NCBI GenBank assembly: GCA_910579215.1
Contig: CAJTTN010000006.1
Coordinates: 57,376-121,375, forward strand
Length of the DNA stretch: 64,000 nt
DNA from: an uncultured Anaeroplasmataceae bacterium
GTDB lineage: Bacteria > Bacillota_I > Bacilli_A > Acholeplasmatales > Anaeroplasmataceae
Reading direction: 5' to 3'
Shown: in pieces, positions 7,905-17,269 of the stretch
Numbering within the stretch: position 1 is the first letter of the stretch
Layout of the letters: every line of letters begins with the position of its first letter
Program-made: the position numbers and the translations under genes
The notes under the pieces: generated by a model
The model's input: only the letters and a program-made list of their open reading frames with translations
What the model was told of the DNA's origin: nothing
Database searches by the model: none

Positions 7905-9899
7905 ATGATTTTGGATCTAAAGGATATTAAAAAAATTGGACCAGTTACATTAGAGCGCTTAAATGCAAATCATATTTATACGCCTAAAGATCTCCTTTTA
8001 TATTTTCCTAGAAAATATAATTATTATCAGGTGGACAATTCTAATGCCTTTTGTGGAGAGGCTTTATGCTTTAAGGCAAGGGTTGCTTCTCGACCCATAT
8101 GGATAAAGACGCATAAAAATTCTAGGGCATTTGTTTTCTATATTTTTGTAAATGAACGAAAAATAAAATGTGTAATTTATTCTAGTGATTATCTTCGGTT
8201 TAAGCTTCAAATTGGATTAGACATAATTTGTTTTGGAAAATATAAGGAAAAGGAAAATGAATTTAGTCTAAGTACAGTTTTTTTTGAAGATTTTTCTAGT
8301 CGAATTGAGTTAGATTATGGAATATTAGATATAAAAAATAAGATGCTACAAAATGCAGTAAAAAATGTTTTAGATTCGGGATTTAGTTTAGAGGATGATT
8401 TACCTATACAATTTATTGAAAAATACAGGTTAGGCTCTTTAAATGAAATTGTAAAGCTAGCACATTTTCCAAGAAATGTGCAGGATTGTGAAAGAGTTAG
8501 AAGAAGAATCCGTTATGAGGATTTCTTTTGGTATACTCTTTCATTAGAGGCTTTAAAAAAGCTTAGAAATGAAGATATAAAGCAACCTAAAATAATTAAT
8601 GAAAGTCTAATTGAAGATACAATTTCAAGTTTACCTTTTGAACTTACCATTGATCAAAGAAATGTAATTCAAGATTGCTTGCGTGATTTAAAATCAAATA
8701 AAACTATGAATCGATTGATTCAAGGAGATGTAGGTTCAGGTAAAACTATAGTAGCTTTTATTACAGCACTTGCTGCTATTACTGCTGGGTATCAGGTAGC
8801 TATAATGGTTCCTACAGAAATTCTTGCTAAACAGCATTTATTAACGATTAAAAGACTTTTTCCATTCTTGGCTTCAGAATTACTCGTTTCTTCCTTGAAA
8901 CAAAAAGAAAAAGAGGATATTTTATTTCGACTATTGCATGGGAGAGTTTCCATCTTAATTGGCACACATGCATTATTAGAGAATAAAGTTATTTTTAAAA
9001 ATTTGGGGTTAGTAGTAATTGATGAACAGCATCGTTTTGGTGTAAGGCAACGTCAAACCTTATTAAAAAAACTTAAGGGAGTTGATGCTCTATATCTCAC
9101 TGCAACCCCTATTCCAAGAACTTTAGGCTTAACCTCATTTGGTGATTTAGACCTATCCCTCATTCATACTATGCCAAAGAATAGGAGACCAGTGGAAACA
9201 AAGGTAATTTCAATGGAGGATATCTCTACCTTAGCACTGACTTTAAGAAGACATTTGGCATGTGATGAGCAAATCTATGTAGTTGTTCCCTTAATTAAAG
9301 AGAGTGAAAGCTTAGATTTTATTGATATGAATAAGGCTATGGAAATATTTGAACAGCTTTTACCAGAGGCAAAATTAGGAGTTCTCCATGGCAAAATGAA
9401 AGCAAACGAAAAAGATGAAATTATGTCTTCCTTTAAATCAGGTAAAATAGAATGTCTTTTATCTACAACGGTGATAGAGGTGGGAGTTGATGTTTCTAAT
9501 GCTACAGTAATGGTCATATTAGATGCAGAGCGATATGGACTATCTCAAATTCATCAGCTTCGTGGACGTGTTGGTAGAGGGGAAATTCAATCCTATTGTT
9601 ATCTAGTAACTACAAAAGCTTATGTGCAACGCCTAGATATTTTATCTAAAATTCAAGATGGATTTACACTTGCAGAAGAGGATTTCAAGCTGCGTGGACC
9701 AGGAGATTATTTGGGTGAAGAACAGTCAGGATTTATGAGTTTAAATTTTGATTATGAATCCAATGATGCGATTATTTGGAAATGTGCCTTAGAGGATAGC
9801 AGAGCCTATTTAGAGGAATATGGAAAGGATTTCCATAAAAATCAAAGAGTTGAAGATATTTTCAATCAGATTTCTTATAAAAAAAATAAAATAAACTAG
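7905..9899 (+). CDS. recG: ATP-dependent DNA helicase RecG
   Basis: Helicase motifs GDVGSGKT, DEQHRFG and QLRGRVGRG are present. Length 664 aa. Downstream of yloV. Confidence 0.9.
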   Translation: MILDLKDIKKIGPVTLERLNANHIYTPKDLLLYFPRKYNYYQVDNSNAFCGEALCFKARVASRPIWIKTHKNSRAFVFYIFVNERKIKCVIYSSDYLRFKLQIGLDIICFGKYKEKENEFSLSTVFFEDFSSRIELDYGILDIKNKMLQNAVKNVLDSGFSLEDDLPIQFIEKYRLGSLNEIVKLAHFPRNVQDCERVRRRIRYEDFFWYTLSLEALKKLRNEDIKQPKIINESLIEDTISSLPFELTIDQRNVIQDCLRDLKSNKTMNRLIQGDVGSGKTIVAFITALAAITAGYQVAIMVPTEILAKQHLLTIKRLFPFLASELLVSSLKQKEKEDILFRLLHGRVSILIGTHALLENKVIFKNLGLVVIDEQHRFGVRQRQTLLKKLKGVDALYLTATPIPRTLGLTSFGDLDLSLIHTMPKNRRPVETKVISMEDISTLALTLRRHLACDEQIYVVVPLIKESESLDFIDMNKAMEIFEQLLPEAKLGVLHGKMKANEKDEIMSSFKSGKIECLLSTTVIEVGVDVSNATVMVILDAERYGLSQIHQLRGRVGRGEIQSYCYLVTTKAYVQRLDILSKIQDGFTLAEEDFKLRGPGDYLGEEQSGFMSLNFDYESNDAIIWKCALEDSRAYLEEYGKDFHKNQRVEDIFNQISYKKNKIN

Positions 9900-9948
9900 T
9901 TTTTATTTGGGTAAAATGCTAAAATTATAATTAAGTTGGAGGAATTTT

Positions 9949-10965
9949 ATGATTAAATTAGCAATAGATGCCAATGGTGGCGATTATGGTGTAAATACTA
10001 CGGTACTTGGTAGTATGATGGCCATTCAAAAATTTAAGGATTTAGAAATAATACTATATGGAGATGAGGATAAAATAAAGCCTCTTTTGAAGGATTCCAC
10101 AAGAATTCAAATTGTACATACTCCTGAAGTAATTCCTATGGGAGAGCATGATCCAGTTAAAGCAATACGTACTCTAAAGAATGCTTCCTTATGTTTAGCA
10201 ATGAAAGCTTGTAAAAATGGAGATGCCGATGCTTGTGTGACAAGCGGTCCTACACAATGTGTTGTTGTAGGGGCTCATTTGTTAGTTCGTAGATTACCTC
10301 AAATGGAAAGAGTTGCGTTATGTCCTTTTGTTCCAAATTTGGATGGGCATCCAAGATTGTTATTGGATGTTGGAGCTAATGTGGAATTAAGAAAGGAGCA
10401 TTTAGGTAGCTTAGCCATTTTTGCCTCCGTTGTTTCAAAAGAGGTTTTAAAGGTTCAAGAGCCTAAAGTGGGATTGCTTAATATTGGATCAGAGCCTGGT
10501 AAAGGTAGGGAAATTGAAAAAGAAGCCTATGATTACCTGAATGACTTAAAGGAAATTAATTTTTATGGAAATATTGAACCTACAGAGATGATAAATTGTC
10601 CATGTGATGTTGTTGTTACGGATGGATTTTCAGGTAATATTTGCTTGAAATCCATTGAAGGAACTGCAAAGGGGATGGCTACTATGCTATCCGAAGAAAT
10701 CAAATCCTCCTTGGGTGGAAAAATAGGCTATTTATTTATGCGTAAAAATTTAAAAAGATTTAAAAAGCGTATGAGTACTAAGGAGGTTGGAGGTGCTATG
10801 CTATTTGGTCTTTCAAAGATTGTAGTAAAAGCACATGGTAACTCAGATCCTTTTGCTTACTTTCATGCCATACGCTTAGCCTATGAAATGGCTTCTGCTA
10901 AAATCATAGAAAAGGTAGTAGAAAAATTGCCTAAATTTGAGGAGAAGAATGAAGAAACGATATAG
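9949..10965 (+). CDS. plsX: Phosphate acyltransferase PlsX
   Basis: MIKLAIDANGGD...VVTDGFSGNI...VKAHGNSD motifs. Follows recG, as in Bacillus. Confidence 0.9.
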   Translation: MIKLAIDANGGDYGVNTTVLGSMMAIQKFKDLEIILYGDEDKIKPLLKDSTRIQIVHTPEVIPMGEHDPVKAIRTLKNASLCLAMKACKNGDADACVTSGPTQCVVVGAHLLVRRLPQMERVALCPFVPNLDGHPRLLLDVGANVELRKEHLGSLAIFASVVSKEVLKVQEPKVGLLNIGSEPGKGREIEKEAYDYLNDLKEINFYGNIEPTEMINCPCDVVVTDGFSGNICLKSIEGTAKGMATMLSEEIKSSLGGKIGYLFMRKNLKRFKKRMSTKEVGGAMLFGLSKIVVKAHGNSDPFAYFHAIRLAYEMASAKIIEKVVEKLPKFEEKNEETI

Positions 10966-11704
10966 AGTTTTAATATATATTGGATTAATTTTATATGTTA
11001 TTGGTGGATTTTTACTTACGGCGTATACAAAAAATATTATCTATATTATTATTGTATTTGCTAGTTTTTTCGTCCTAGCAATTTTGGCAACTCCTTTATA
11101 TATTATTAGAATTCGAAAGGAATTTAAAAGACAAGAAAAACTCTCTGTTGATGAGGCTATTGAGGAAATTAACGATAAAGAGGGATACAATCAATTGGAA
11201 TATAGTGTGCATCAAATCAAATCTGTGGTCGATACCTGGAAGCTTAGCAGTAAGGCTGATATTATAAAAGGTCTATTGTTTTTGATTTTCTTTATAGGTT
11301 GTATAATTGCTTTTGTCATCTTTATGTCTATGGAGAAGTTTGTTCTTGGGATTGTATTTTTTTGCTTGGCGGTAGGAGAAATTTTATGTGCTTTTATTGT
11401 GGTAAAGATTTTGGAAACGAAAGCCATTCTTCCTAAGAAAAAGGAAAAGCTTAGAAATGATATTGCTGTTGTGTTAGGCACAACAATATCAAGTCAATCC
11501 TCTACAGGAAATAGACATCATACTATTGGAGATACTACCTATAAGGTGTTTCTAAAAATAGGGGATCAAAGATTTGTTACTTATAGCAAAGAATATTATG
11601 AAATTGGAGATAAACTAAGGGTTTGTATAAATATAAAGAATGCGAAAAAAGTTTATATCGTAGAAAAAATAAAGGATATAGTAGATATTGAAGAAAATTT
11701 TTAG
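10949..11704 (+). CDS. Hypothetical membrane protein (N-terminal transmembrane bundle plus soluble C-domain)
   Basis: Several hydrophobic helices (ILYVIGGFLLTAY..., IIVFASFFVLAILATPLYII, LLFLIFFIGCIIAFVIFM, IVFFCLAVGEILCAFIVV). No recognisable motif. Occupies the position where fab genes lie in Bacillus. Confidence 0.45.
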   Translation: MKKRYRVLIYIGLILYVIGGFLLTAYTKNIIYIIIVFASFFVLAILATPLYIIRIRKEFKRQEKLSVDEAIEEINDKEGYNQLEYSVHQIKSVVDTWKLSSKADIIKGLLFLIFFIGCIIAFVIFMSMEKFVLGIVFFCLAVGEILCAFIVVKILETKAILPKKKEKLRNDIAVVLGTTISSQSSTGNRHHTIGDTTYKVFLKIGDQRFVTYSKEYYEIGDKLRVCINIKNAKKVYIVEKIKDIVDIEENF

Positions 11705-11716
11705 GAGATGATAAAG

Positions 11717-12382
11717 ATGGATTTATCCGAATTAGAAAATAAATTGCAGTATCAATTTCATAATCTTGATTTATTAAAGACAGCTTTAACACATTCCTCT
11801 TATGCAAATGAGCATGGAGTGGAATGTAATGAACGACTAGAGTATTTAGGAGACGCAGTTTTACAGCTATGCATGTCATATTTTTTGTATCAAAATCTTC
11901 ATTTGGATGAAGGAGCATTATCTAAGACAAGAGCAAAGGCTGTATGTGAGGAAGCACTAAATATTTATGCGGAAAAATTAGATCTTTCCCAATATTTATC
12001 CTTGGGAAATGGTGAGGAGCATAGCGGTGGACGTAATCGACCTGCTATTATAGCTGATGCCTTTGAGGCGATGCTTGGAGCTATTCTTTTAGATTCTAAT
12101 TTTGAGGTAGTTTATAAAATATTTAATCATATTGTTCTTCCCTATAAGGATATAGTTTTAAAATTTAAGGATTATAAGTCTACGTTTCAGGAAAAGGTTC
12201 AAGCAGATAAGCGAACACTTCATTATGAAATAGTTCATGAGGAAGGACCAGCGAATGATAAAACCTATGAGGCAGTTGTTTATATGGATGATATTTTAAT
12301 GGGACGTGGAAGAGGTAAAACAAAGAAAGAAGCAGAACAAAATGCTGCAAAAGAGGCTTTAAAGAAGGAAGCAAGAAGCTGA
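11717..12382 (+). CDS. rnc: Ribonuclease III
   Basis: ERLEYLGDAVL catalytic signature and C-terminal dsRBD (GPANDKTYEAVVYMDD...GRGRGKTKKEAEQNAAKEAL). Start at 11717 has better SD spacing than the track start at 11708. Confidence 0.9.
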   Translation: MDLSELENKLQYQFHNLDLLKTALTHSSYANEHGVECNERLEYLGDAVLQLCMSYFLYQNLHLDEGALSKTRAKAVCEEALNIYAEKLDLSQYLSLGNGEEHSGGRNRPAIIADAFEAMLGAILLDSNFEVVYKIFNHIVLPYKDIVLKFKDYKSTFQEKVQADKRTLHYEIVHEEGPANDKTYEAVVYMDDILMGRGRGKTKKEAEQNAAKEALKKEARS

Positions 12383-12412
12383 ATCCTTTCATATAATACA
12401 TTGGTGATGTAT

Positions 12413-13042
12413 ATGCAAATGGCCATTATTGGTATTTGTGGAAAGATGGGAAGCAATGTATATGAATATTATAAAGAGGAATTTGATATTGTAGGTATAG
12501 ATGTTAAGCAGCATCCTAAGGTTAAAACGTTTCATTCTGCTAAAGAAATTTTAGATAAGGTAGATGTTGTTGTAGATTTCTCTTCTCCAGATGCCTATGA
12601 GCTGTTGATAGAGTCTATGAATTTAGGGTGTCCTATTCTAAGTGGTACAACGGGCTATAGCTTTGCTCAAATTGAGCAGCTTTATGAGCTTGCAAAGCAA
12701 AAGGAAATTTCTTTTTTGTGGAAAGCAAACTATGCTAAAGGAATAGATTTATTTACTAAGCTACTGAAGGAGTGTCATAAGGAGTTTGAAATTTTAGATT
12801 TTGTAGAAATTCATGCTACGTCAAAGAAAGATGCACCTAGTGGAACAGCAAAGGTTTTAGCCCGTAGCTTAAATATATCAGAAGATAAAATCCAATCCTT
12901 ACGATTAAATCAGGCGCCTGCAATTCATGAAATTATCTTTTCCTCTTTGGATGAACGTGTTTATCTACGTCATGAAATTTTAAATAAAAAAGCCTTTTTA
13001 ACTGGATTTGATGAGGAATTAAGGAAAAGACTTAGGAGTTGA
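12413..13042 (+). CDS. dapB: 4-hydroxy-tetrahydrodipicolinate reductase homolog (DapB-like, short form)
   Basis: GICGKMG Rossmann motif, DVVVDFSSPDA, SGTTGYS and EIHATSKKDAPSGTA (the DapB E-x-HH-x-H-K-x-DAPSGTA region with the second His replaced by Ala). Start is ambiguous (12401-12419). Confidence 0.6.
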   Translation: MQMAIIGICGKMGSNVYEYYKEEFDIVGIDVKQHPKVKTFHSAKEILDKVDVVVDFSSPDAYELLIESMNLGCPILSGTTGYSFAQIEQLYELAKQKEISFLWKANYAKGIDLFTKLLKECHKEFEILDFVEIHATSKKDAPSGTAKVLARSLNISEDKIQSLRLNQAPAIHEIIFSSLDERVYLRHEILNKKAFLTGFDEELRKRLRS

Positions 13043-13047
13043 TGTAT

Positions 13048-13647
13048 ATGTTAGAAAAACTATATAAAAAGGGATATTTGAATTATGAGAAGCTTATTTT
13101 AGAAAATGCCAAGGCATTAGGTCTAAATGCAGAAGAAGGTTTTTTATTAATTCATATTTTAAAGAATTATTTGATAACAAATACATTAGCTATTTCTGAT
13201 ATAGCAAAGCAGGTATTGCTTACCCCTGCAAAGCTGGACAAGCTTATTGCCTCCTTAATGGAGCGAGGATATTATGAGGTTTATTTATCCTATGATAATG
13301 GGAAGGGAACAGAATGTATTTCTTTTCAACCTTTGTTTAAGAAATTAGAATATCTTTTAGAACAAAAAACAGTACCTGATACTTATAATATAGAAAAAAC
13401 AATACAGTACATTACAGCTAAAATGAATCGAGTGTTGATTGCATCTGAATTAGAAGCTTTACAGAGTCTTATGATGGAGGATCGTTATTCCTATGATCAA
13501 ATTGCTGCAGTGGTGGATTCTATTATTGCTTCTAAAAAAACTTTATCTATGAAAAGTATTTTACAGGGACTTTCTAATAAAGTATATGATGTTCATCCAT
13601 CTAAGGAGGCACCCCAAGCCTTTAAGGATTTTATAAAGAGGATATAA
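13048..13647 (+). CDS. dnaD: DnaD-domain replication initiation/membrane attachment protein
   Basis: ~200-aa helical protein immediately upstream of nth, the conserved dnaD-nth arrangement of Bacillus. SD AGGAG is 9 nt upstream of ATG at 13048. Confidence 0.65.
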   Translation: MLEKLYKKGYLNYEKLILENAKALGLNAEEGFLLIHILKNYLITNTLAISDIAKQVLLTPAKLDKLIASLMERGYYEVYLSYDNGKGTECISFQPLFKKLEYLLEQKTVPDTYNIEKTIQYITAKMNRVLIASELEALQSLMMEDRYSYDQIAAVVDSIIASKKTLSMKSILQGLSNKVYDVHPSKEAPQAFKDFIKRI

Positions 13648-13649
13648 AT

Positions 13650-14279
13650 ATGAATCAAGTGTGTTCTAATGAAATTTTAAATGAAATACGTAAAATTATC
13701 CCTAATCCAAAATGTGAGCTTAAGTATTCTAATTTATTTGAATTACTTTGTGCAGTTATGATTTCTAGTCAGACGACAGATAAGCGTGTGAATCAAGTAA
13801 CACCAACTTTATTTTTAAAATATCCTACGCCTCAGGCTTTATCCATGGCAAAGTATGAAGAGGTTTATGAGATTATTCAATCCTTGGGCTTTGCTAAAAT
13901 GAAAGCAAAAAATCTAATTGCAATGGCTAATCGCCTACATACAGTTTATAAGGATGAGGTTCCTAAAACCTTAGAGGAGCTTCAAACCTTAAATGGTGTA
14001 GGAAGAAAGACTGCCAGTGTCATATTAGCAGAAGGATATAAAATTCCTGCCATGCCAGTAGATACTCATCTAGAGCGTATGGCAAAGCGTTTTGGGTATA
14101 CAGATGAAACAGCAACTGTAGTGGAAGCAGAAGCAGCATATCGCAAATATATACCTGAAGAGGAATGGATTGAGGCCCATCATCTTTTGTTATTGTTTGG
14201 AAGGTATTATTGTAAAGCCTTGCATCCTGCATGTGACTCCTGTACATTAAAAAAATATTGTAATAAAATTGATAAGTAG
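13650..14279 (+). CDS. nth: Endonuclease III
   Basis: HhH-GPD motif LNGVGRKTASVIL, catalytic Lys/Asp region, and C-terminal 4Fe-4S ligands C-x6-C-x2-C-x5-C (CKALHPACDSCTLKKYC). Confidence 0.9.
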   Translation: MNQVCSNEILNEIRKIIPNPKCELKYSNLFELLCAVMISSQTTDKRVNQVTPTLFLKYPTPQALSMAKYEEVYEIIQSLGFAKMKAKNLIAMANRLHTVYKDEVPKTLEELQTLNGVGRKTASVILAEGYKIPAMPVDTHLERMAKRFGYTDETATVVEAEAAYRKYIPEEEWIEAHHLLLLFGRYYCKALHPACDSCTLKKYCNKIDK

Positions 14280-14335
14280 AAGAGGATTCTACTTTTTTTT
14301 CTCTTAATAGGTGATATGCTCATATTGGTGATTTT

Positions 14336-14509
14336 ATGAAAGCAAAATTATTTGATTTTGAGCATGAGGCTGATTTAGAAGAGGCCTTGAATAAATTTTT
14401 TTCCGAGCATCCGAAAATGGAGATAAAGAACATATCCTACCAAACCAGCCATTTTGCTATCAATGGAGAACAAATTTATTCTTTTTCCTGTTTATTGGTT
14501 TATAAGTAA
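14336..14509 (+). CDS. Small protein, Cse60-like (sporulation protein Cse60 family), 57 aa, missed by the ORF track
   Basis: MKAKLFDFEHEADLEEALNKFFSEHPKMEIKNISYQTSHFAINGEQIYSFSCLLVYK. The pattern K(L/V)FD-EHE-DLE...N-F......I..I.YQ...........GEQIY.FS recalls the Cse60 family. This is from memory of the family, not a search. Confidence 0.4.
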   Translation: MKAKLFDFEHEADLEEALNKFFSEHPKMEIKNISYQTSHFAINGEQIYSFSCLLVYK

Positions 14510-14619
14510 AATAAATTCAATAAAAAATTATTATTTTATCAAAACTTTTTTTCTTTTCTTCCCAATTTAATCAAGATATAATAGAAGTGCTAAAAAAGTG
14601 GGTAAAAAGGAGAATAAAA

Positions 14620-15801
14620 ATGAAGAAAAATATTTTTATTGATGAAATAAAACGTAGAGGAAAAGTAGATGAAAATGCCTATAGTATGATAGGGACAGAG
14701 TTAAAAAGAGTTAGAACAAGTCAATCTCAAACCCTATCTTCTATTGCAGGTGATTTATGTTCAGTATCCTATTTATGTAAAATAGAAAAGGCACAGTTAA
14801 AGCCAAATCGATACATGTTAAATGAGATATGTAAAAAATTGCATTTAGAATCTCCTAAATTAGATTTATTATTTGAATTAAAGAACTTGTTATTAAAACT
14901 TGTAAAATATTACTATGCAAGAGATTTTGAAGAAGTAAAAAAACTTTATGAGACCTGTAAGGATTTAGATAATTATAGAACCAAGCTTATTTTCTTAATC
15001 TATTATATAACCTTTTATATGCTTCAAGAGGCAAATGAGGTTTCAAAGGAATTGTTCAAAATAACTAGCGAAATGCTAGATGATGAGCTTAGTATATTTT
15101 TAGTTTTTTATTCTATTCTGAAATATTATGATGAATGTTATAATGAAACCATTGATAATCTTAAGCAGCTAAGCTCTATATATTATCTTGATGATACCTT
15201 AGGAAAAATAGCCTCTGTCCTGTGTTTGGAGTGCTATGTTAAAATCAATAGTCCAATGACCTTGCTTCATAGTCAAAAGCTTTTAGATTTGTTTTTAAAA
15301 TCATCTGAATTCTCAAAGGCTGAGTATGTTCGATATTTACAAACATTATATATGATTCATAATTCAATGCTTGAAAGTGCTGTTGTAGAGCTAGAATTTA
15401 TCAAGGATAAAGAATTTAAAAATACATTAGAGTTTTATTATGATATTAAAAATCAAACTCTACAAAATAAAGAGCATTATAAAAATTTACGACCCTTTGC
15501 AAGACTCATCTATATTCACTTGTTTGAGCCGAAAAAATATATAGAGGCATTTTTTAATCAAAATAAAAATGATTTTTATATGTGTGATTTTAGCTATAAT
15601 ATTGCAAACTATTTTACTTTTAGTGATGATAAGGAAAGGTATAAGGAATTAACGGATGTAATCATCCCTAATATATTGCAGACAAAGGATTATATTGATA
15701 AGCTCTTTTTTTTACGTGAATTTTGTCGAATTAGCAAGAAATATGGGAGATACAAATGCTTTTGTAACGCATATTCAGATTTAGAGGGAGAAATTTTATA
15801 A
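14620..15801 (+). CDS. XRE-family HTH transcriptional regulator with C-terminal TPR-like helical repeat domain (RNPP/NprR-like architecture)
   Basis: N-terminal HTH_XRE (IGTELKRVRTSQSQTLSSIAGDLCSVSYLCKIEKAQLKP). A ~320-aa Leu/Tyr/Phe-rich alpha-helical repeat C-domain. ATG at 14620 with AAAGGAG SD. The stop overlaps the start of the next gene (TAATG). Confidence 0.6.
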   Translation: MKKNIFIDEIKRRGKVDENAYSMIGTELKRVRTSQSQTLSSIAGDLCSVSYLCKIEKAQLKPNRYMLNEICKKLHLESPKLDLLFELKNLLLKLVKYYYARDFEEVKKLYETCKDLDNYRTKLIFLIYYITFYMLQEANEVSKELFKITSEMLDDELSIFLVFYSILKYYDECYNETIDNLKQLSSIYYLDDTLGKIASVLCLECYVKINSPMTLLHSQKLLDLFLKSSEFSKAEYVRYLQTLYMIHNSMLESAVVELEFIKDKEFKNTLEFYYDIKNQTLQNKEHYKNLRPFARLIYIHLFEPKKYIEAFFNQNKNDFYMCDFSYNIANYFTFSDDKERYKELTDVIIPNILQTKDYIDKLFFLREFCRISKKYGRYKCFCNAYSDLEGEIL

Positions 15802-17243
15802 TGAAAAAACTTTTATGTTTATTGATATTTTTACCTTTATTATCCTCAATAAAGGCTAATGCTTCCAATTGGAAGTTTATATGGGATGATACAACTACCA
15901 CTATAGAAATTCCTTTAGGAGATAATCTACAAAGCTACATTTTCACTCCAAAGGCAACCTTATATAGGGATGGAATTCCATTAGAGGATGCAGAAATTCA
16001 CTATGTGAGAACGGGAGACTGGCTATATTTATTGACAGATGTTGATACGCATAAAGAAGGGGAATATTTTGTTTGGTATAAAGCTACAGAACAAAAATAT
16101 AAGCCTGGACAATGTCAAGGATATAAAGTGTTAATTACTTTTAAAGTTGTTGATCAAACCAAGCCTGTCATTTTGGAATGTCCCTCAGAGGTAACGTATT
16201 GGATTGGAACGCCTATACCAGATTACAGTGCACTTATTATAGCTACTGATAATAGTGGATTTTGTGAAAAAGAAACAGATTTATCTTTGGTTAACTTTGT
16301 AATACCTGGAGAATATCAAGCCATTGCTCGAGCCAAGGATCGCCATTTTATTACGGAGCAATCTTTCACAATTTTTGTGAAGGATCCTATTGGACCAGTT
16401 GTAACCTTTTTAGGAGAAAACAAAAGAATTATACTTCCTAAAGGAGAGCCTCCTAGTTTGATTTCTTACTTTAAAGCTATAGATAAAACAGATGGAGATG
16501 TGACAGACTCCATTTCATATCCTGATTTTTCTACAGATGAGGAACAAAGCTTTGAACTTGAAGTTTCTTTTTCAGACAAGAATCAAAATATATCAAAAAT
16601 TAAAGTTTGGATAGAAATTGTTGATCAAGATGAAATCGTTATTGAACTATATAAATCCACCTTACTTTTAGAATTTAATAGTAATTTTGAAGAAGCCATC
16701 TTAAACAATATAAAAAGAGCAACGCATGGTAATATAAATATTTTTGATGAAATAAAAATAGATAGTGCGAAATTAGAAAATAAGGTAGGTAGCTATAAAG
16801 TTTTTTATCTTTATCAGCAACAGGATAAATTTAAAAAAATTGAATGTGAAGTCAAGGTGTTAGCTAGTCAGGCTCCAGTTTTATTAGTTGAAAATATAAC
16901 GACTAAGCTAAATGAAAAAGTAAATATTTTATCCTACATTATTGCGCAAGATCCTTCTGATGAAGAAATAGATAGAAAGGTAGAATATGATGACAGCCTA
17001 GTAGATTATACGAAACCTGGGGTGTATCCTGTTCGGATAAGTGTTACTAATTCATCTGGTCTATCCACAAGTGAAACACTTTTAGTTACAGTCTTTGAAG
17101 ATACCCAATCCAAATGGGAGCAAGTTCAGCCAATATATTATCTTCCAATGATTCTAGGTAGCTTAGGAATTATAGGTGGAGTTGTGTTATTTTTGTATAT
17201 AAAGAAAAAGAGAAATTGCAAAGCTGAGGAAAATCAACTATAA
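15801..17243 (+). CDS. Cell-surface protein with signal peptide, Ig-like (DUF5011-like DxTKPVI) modules and C-terminal TM anchor
   Basis: Signal peptide MKKLLCLLIFLPLLSSIKANA. DQTKPVILECPSEV and DPIGPVVTFLGEN motifs are typical of bacterial Ig-like folds. C-terminal hydrophobic anchor LPMILGSLGIIGGVVLFLYIKKKRN. Translationally coupled to the upstream regulator. Confidence 0.6.
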   Translation: MKKLLCLLIFLPLLSSIKANASNWKFIWDDTTTTIEIPLGDNLQSYIFTPKATLYRDGIPLEDAEIHYVRTGDWLYLLTDVDTHKEGEYFVWYKATEQKYKPGQCQGYKVLITFKVVDQTKPVILECPSEVTYWIGTPIPDYSALIIATDNSGFCEKETDLSLVNFVIPGEYQAIARAKDRHFITEQSFTIFVKDPIGPVVTFLGENKRIILPKGEPPSLISYFKAIDKTDGDVTDSISYPDFSTDEEQSFELEVSFSDKNQNISKIKVWIEIVDQDEIVIELYKSTLLLEFNSNFEEAILNNIKRATHGNINIFDEIKIDSAKLENKVGSYKVFYLYQQQDKFKKIECEVKVLASQAPVLLVENITTKLNEKVNILSYIIAQDPSDEEIDRKVEYDDSLVDYTKPGVYPVRISVTNSSGLSTSETLLVTVFEDTQSKWEQVQPIYYLPMILGSLGIIGGVVLFLYIKKKRNCKAEENQL

Positions 17244-17269
17244 TATAAGAAAGTATTTATAGAATAGGG

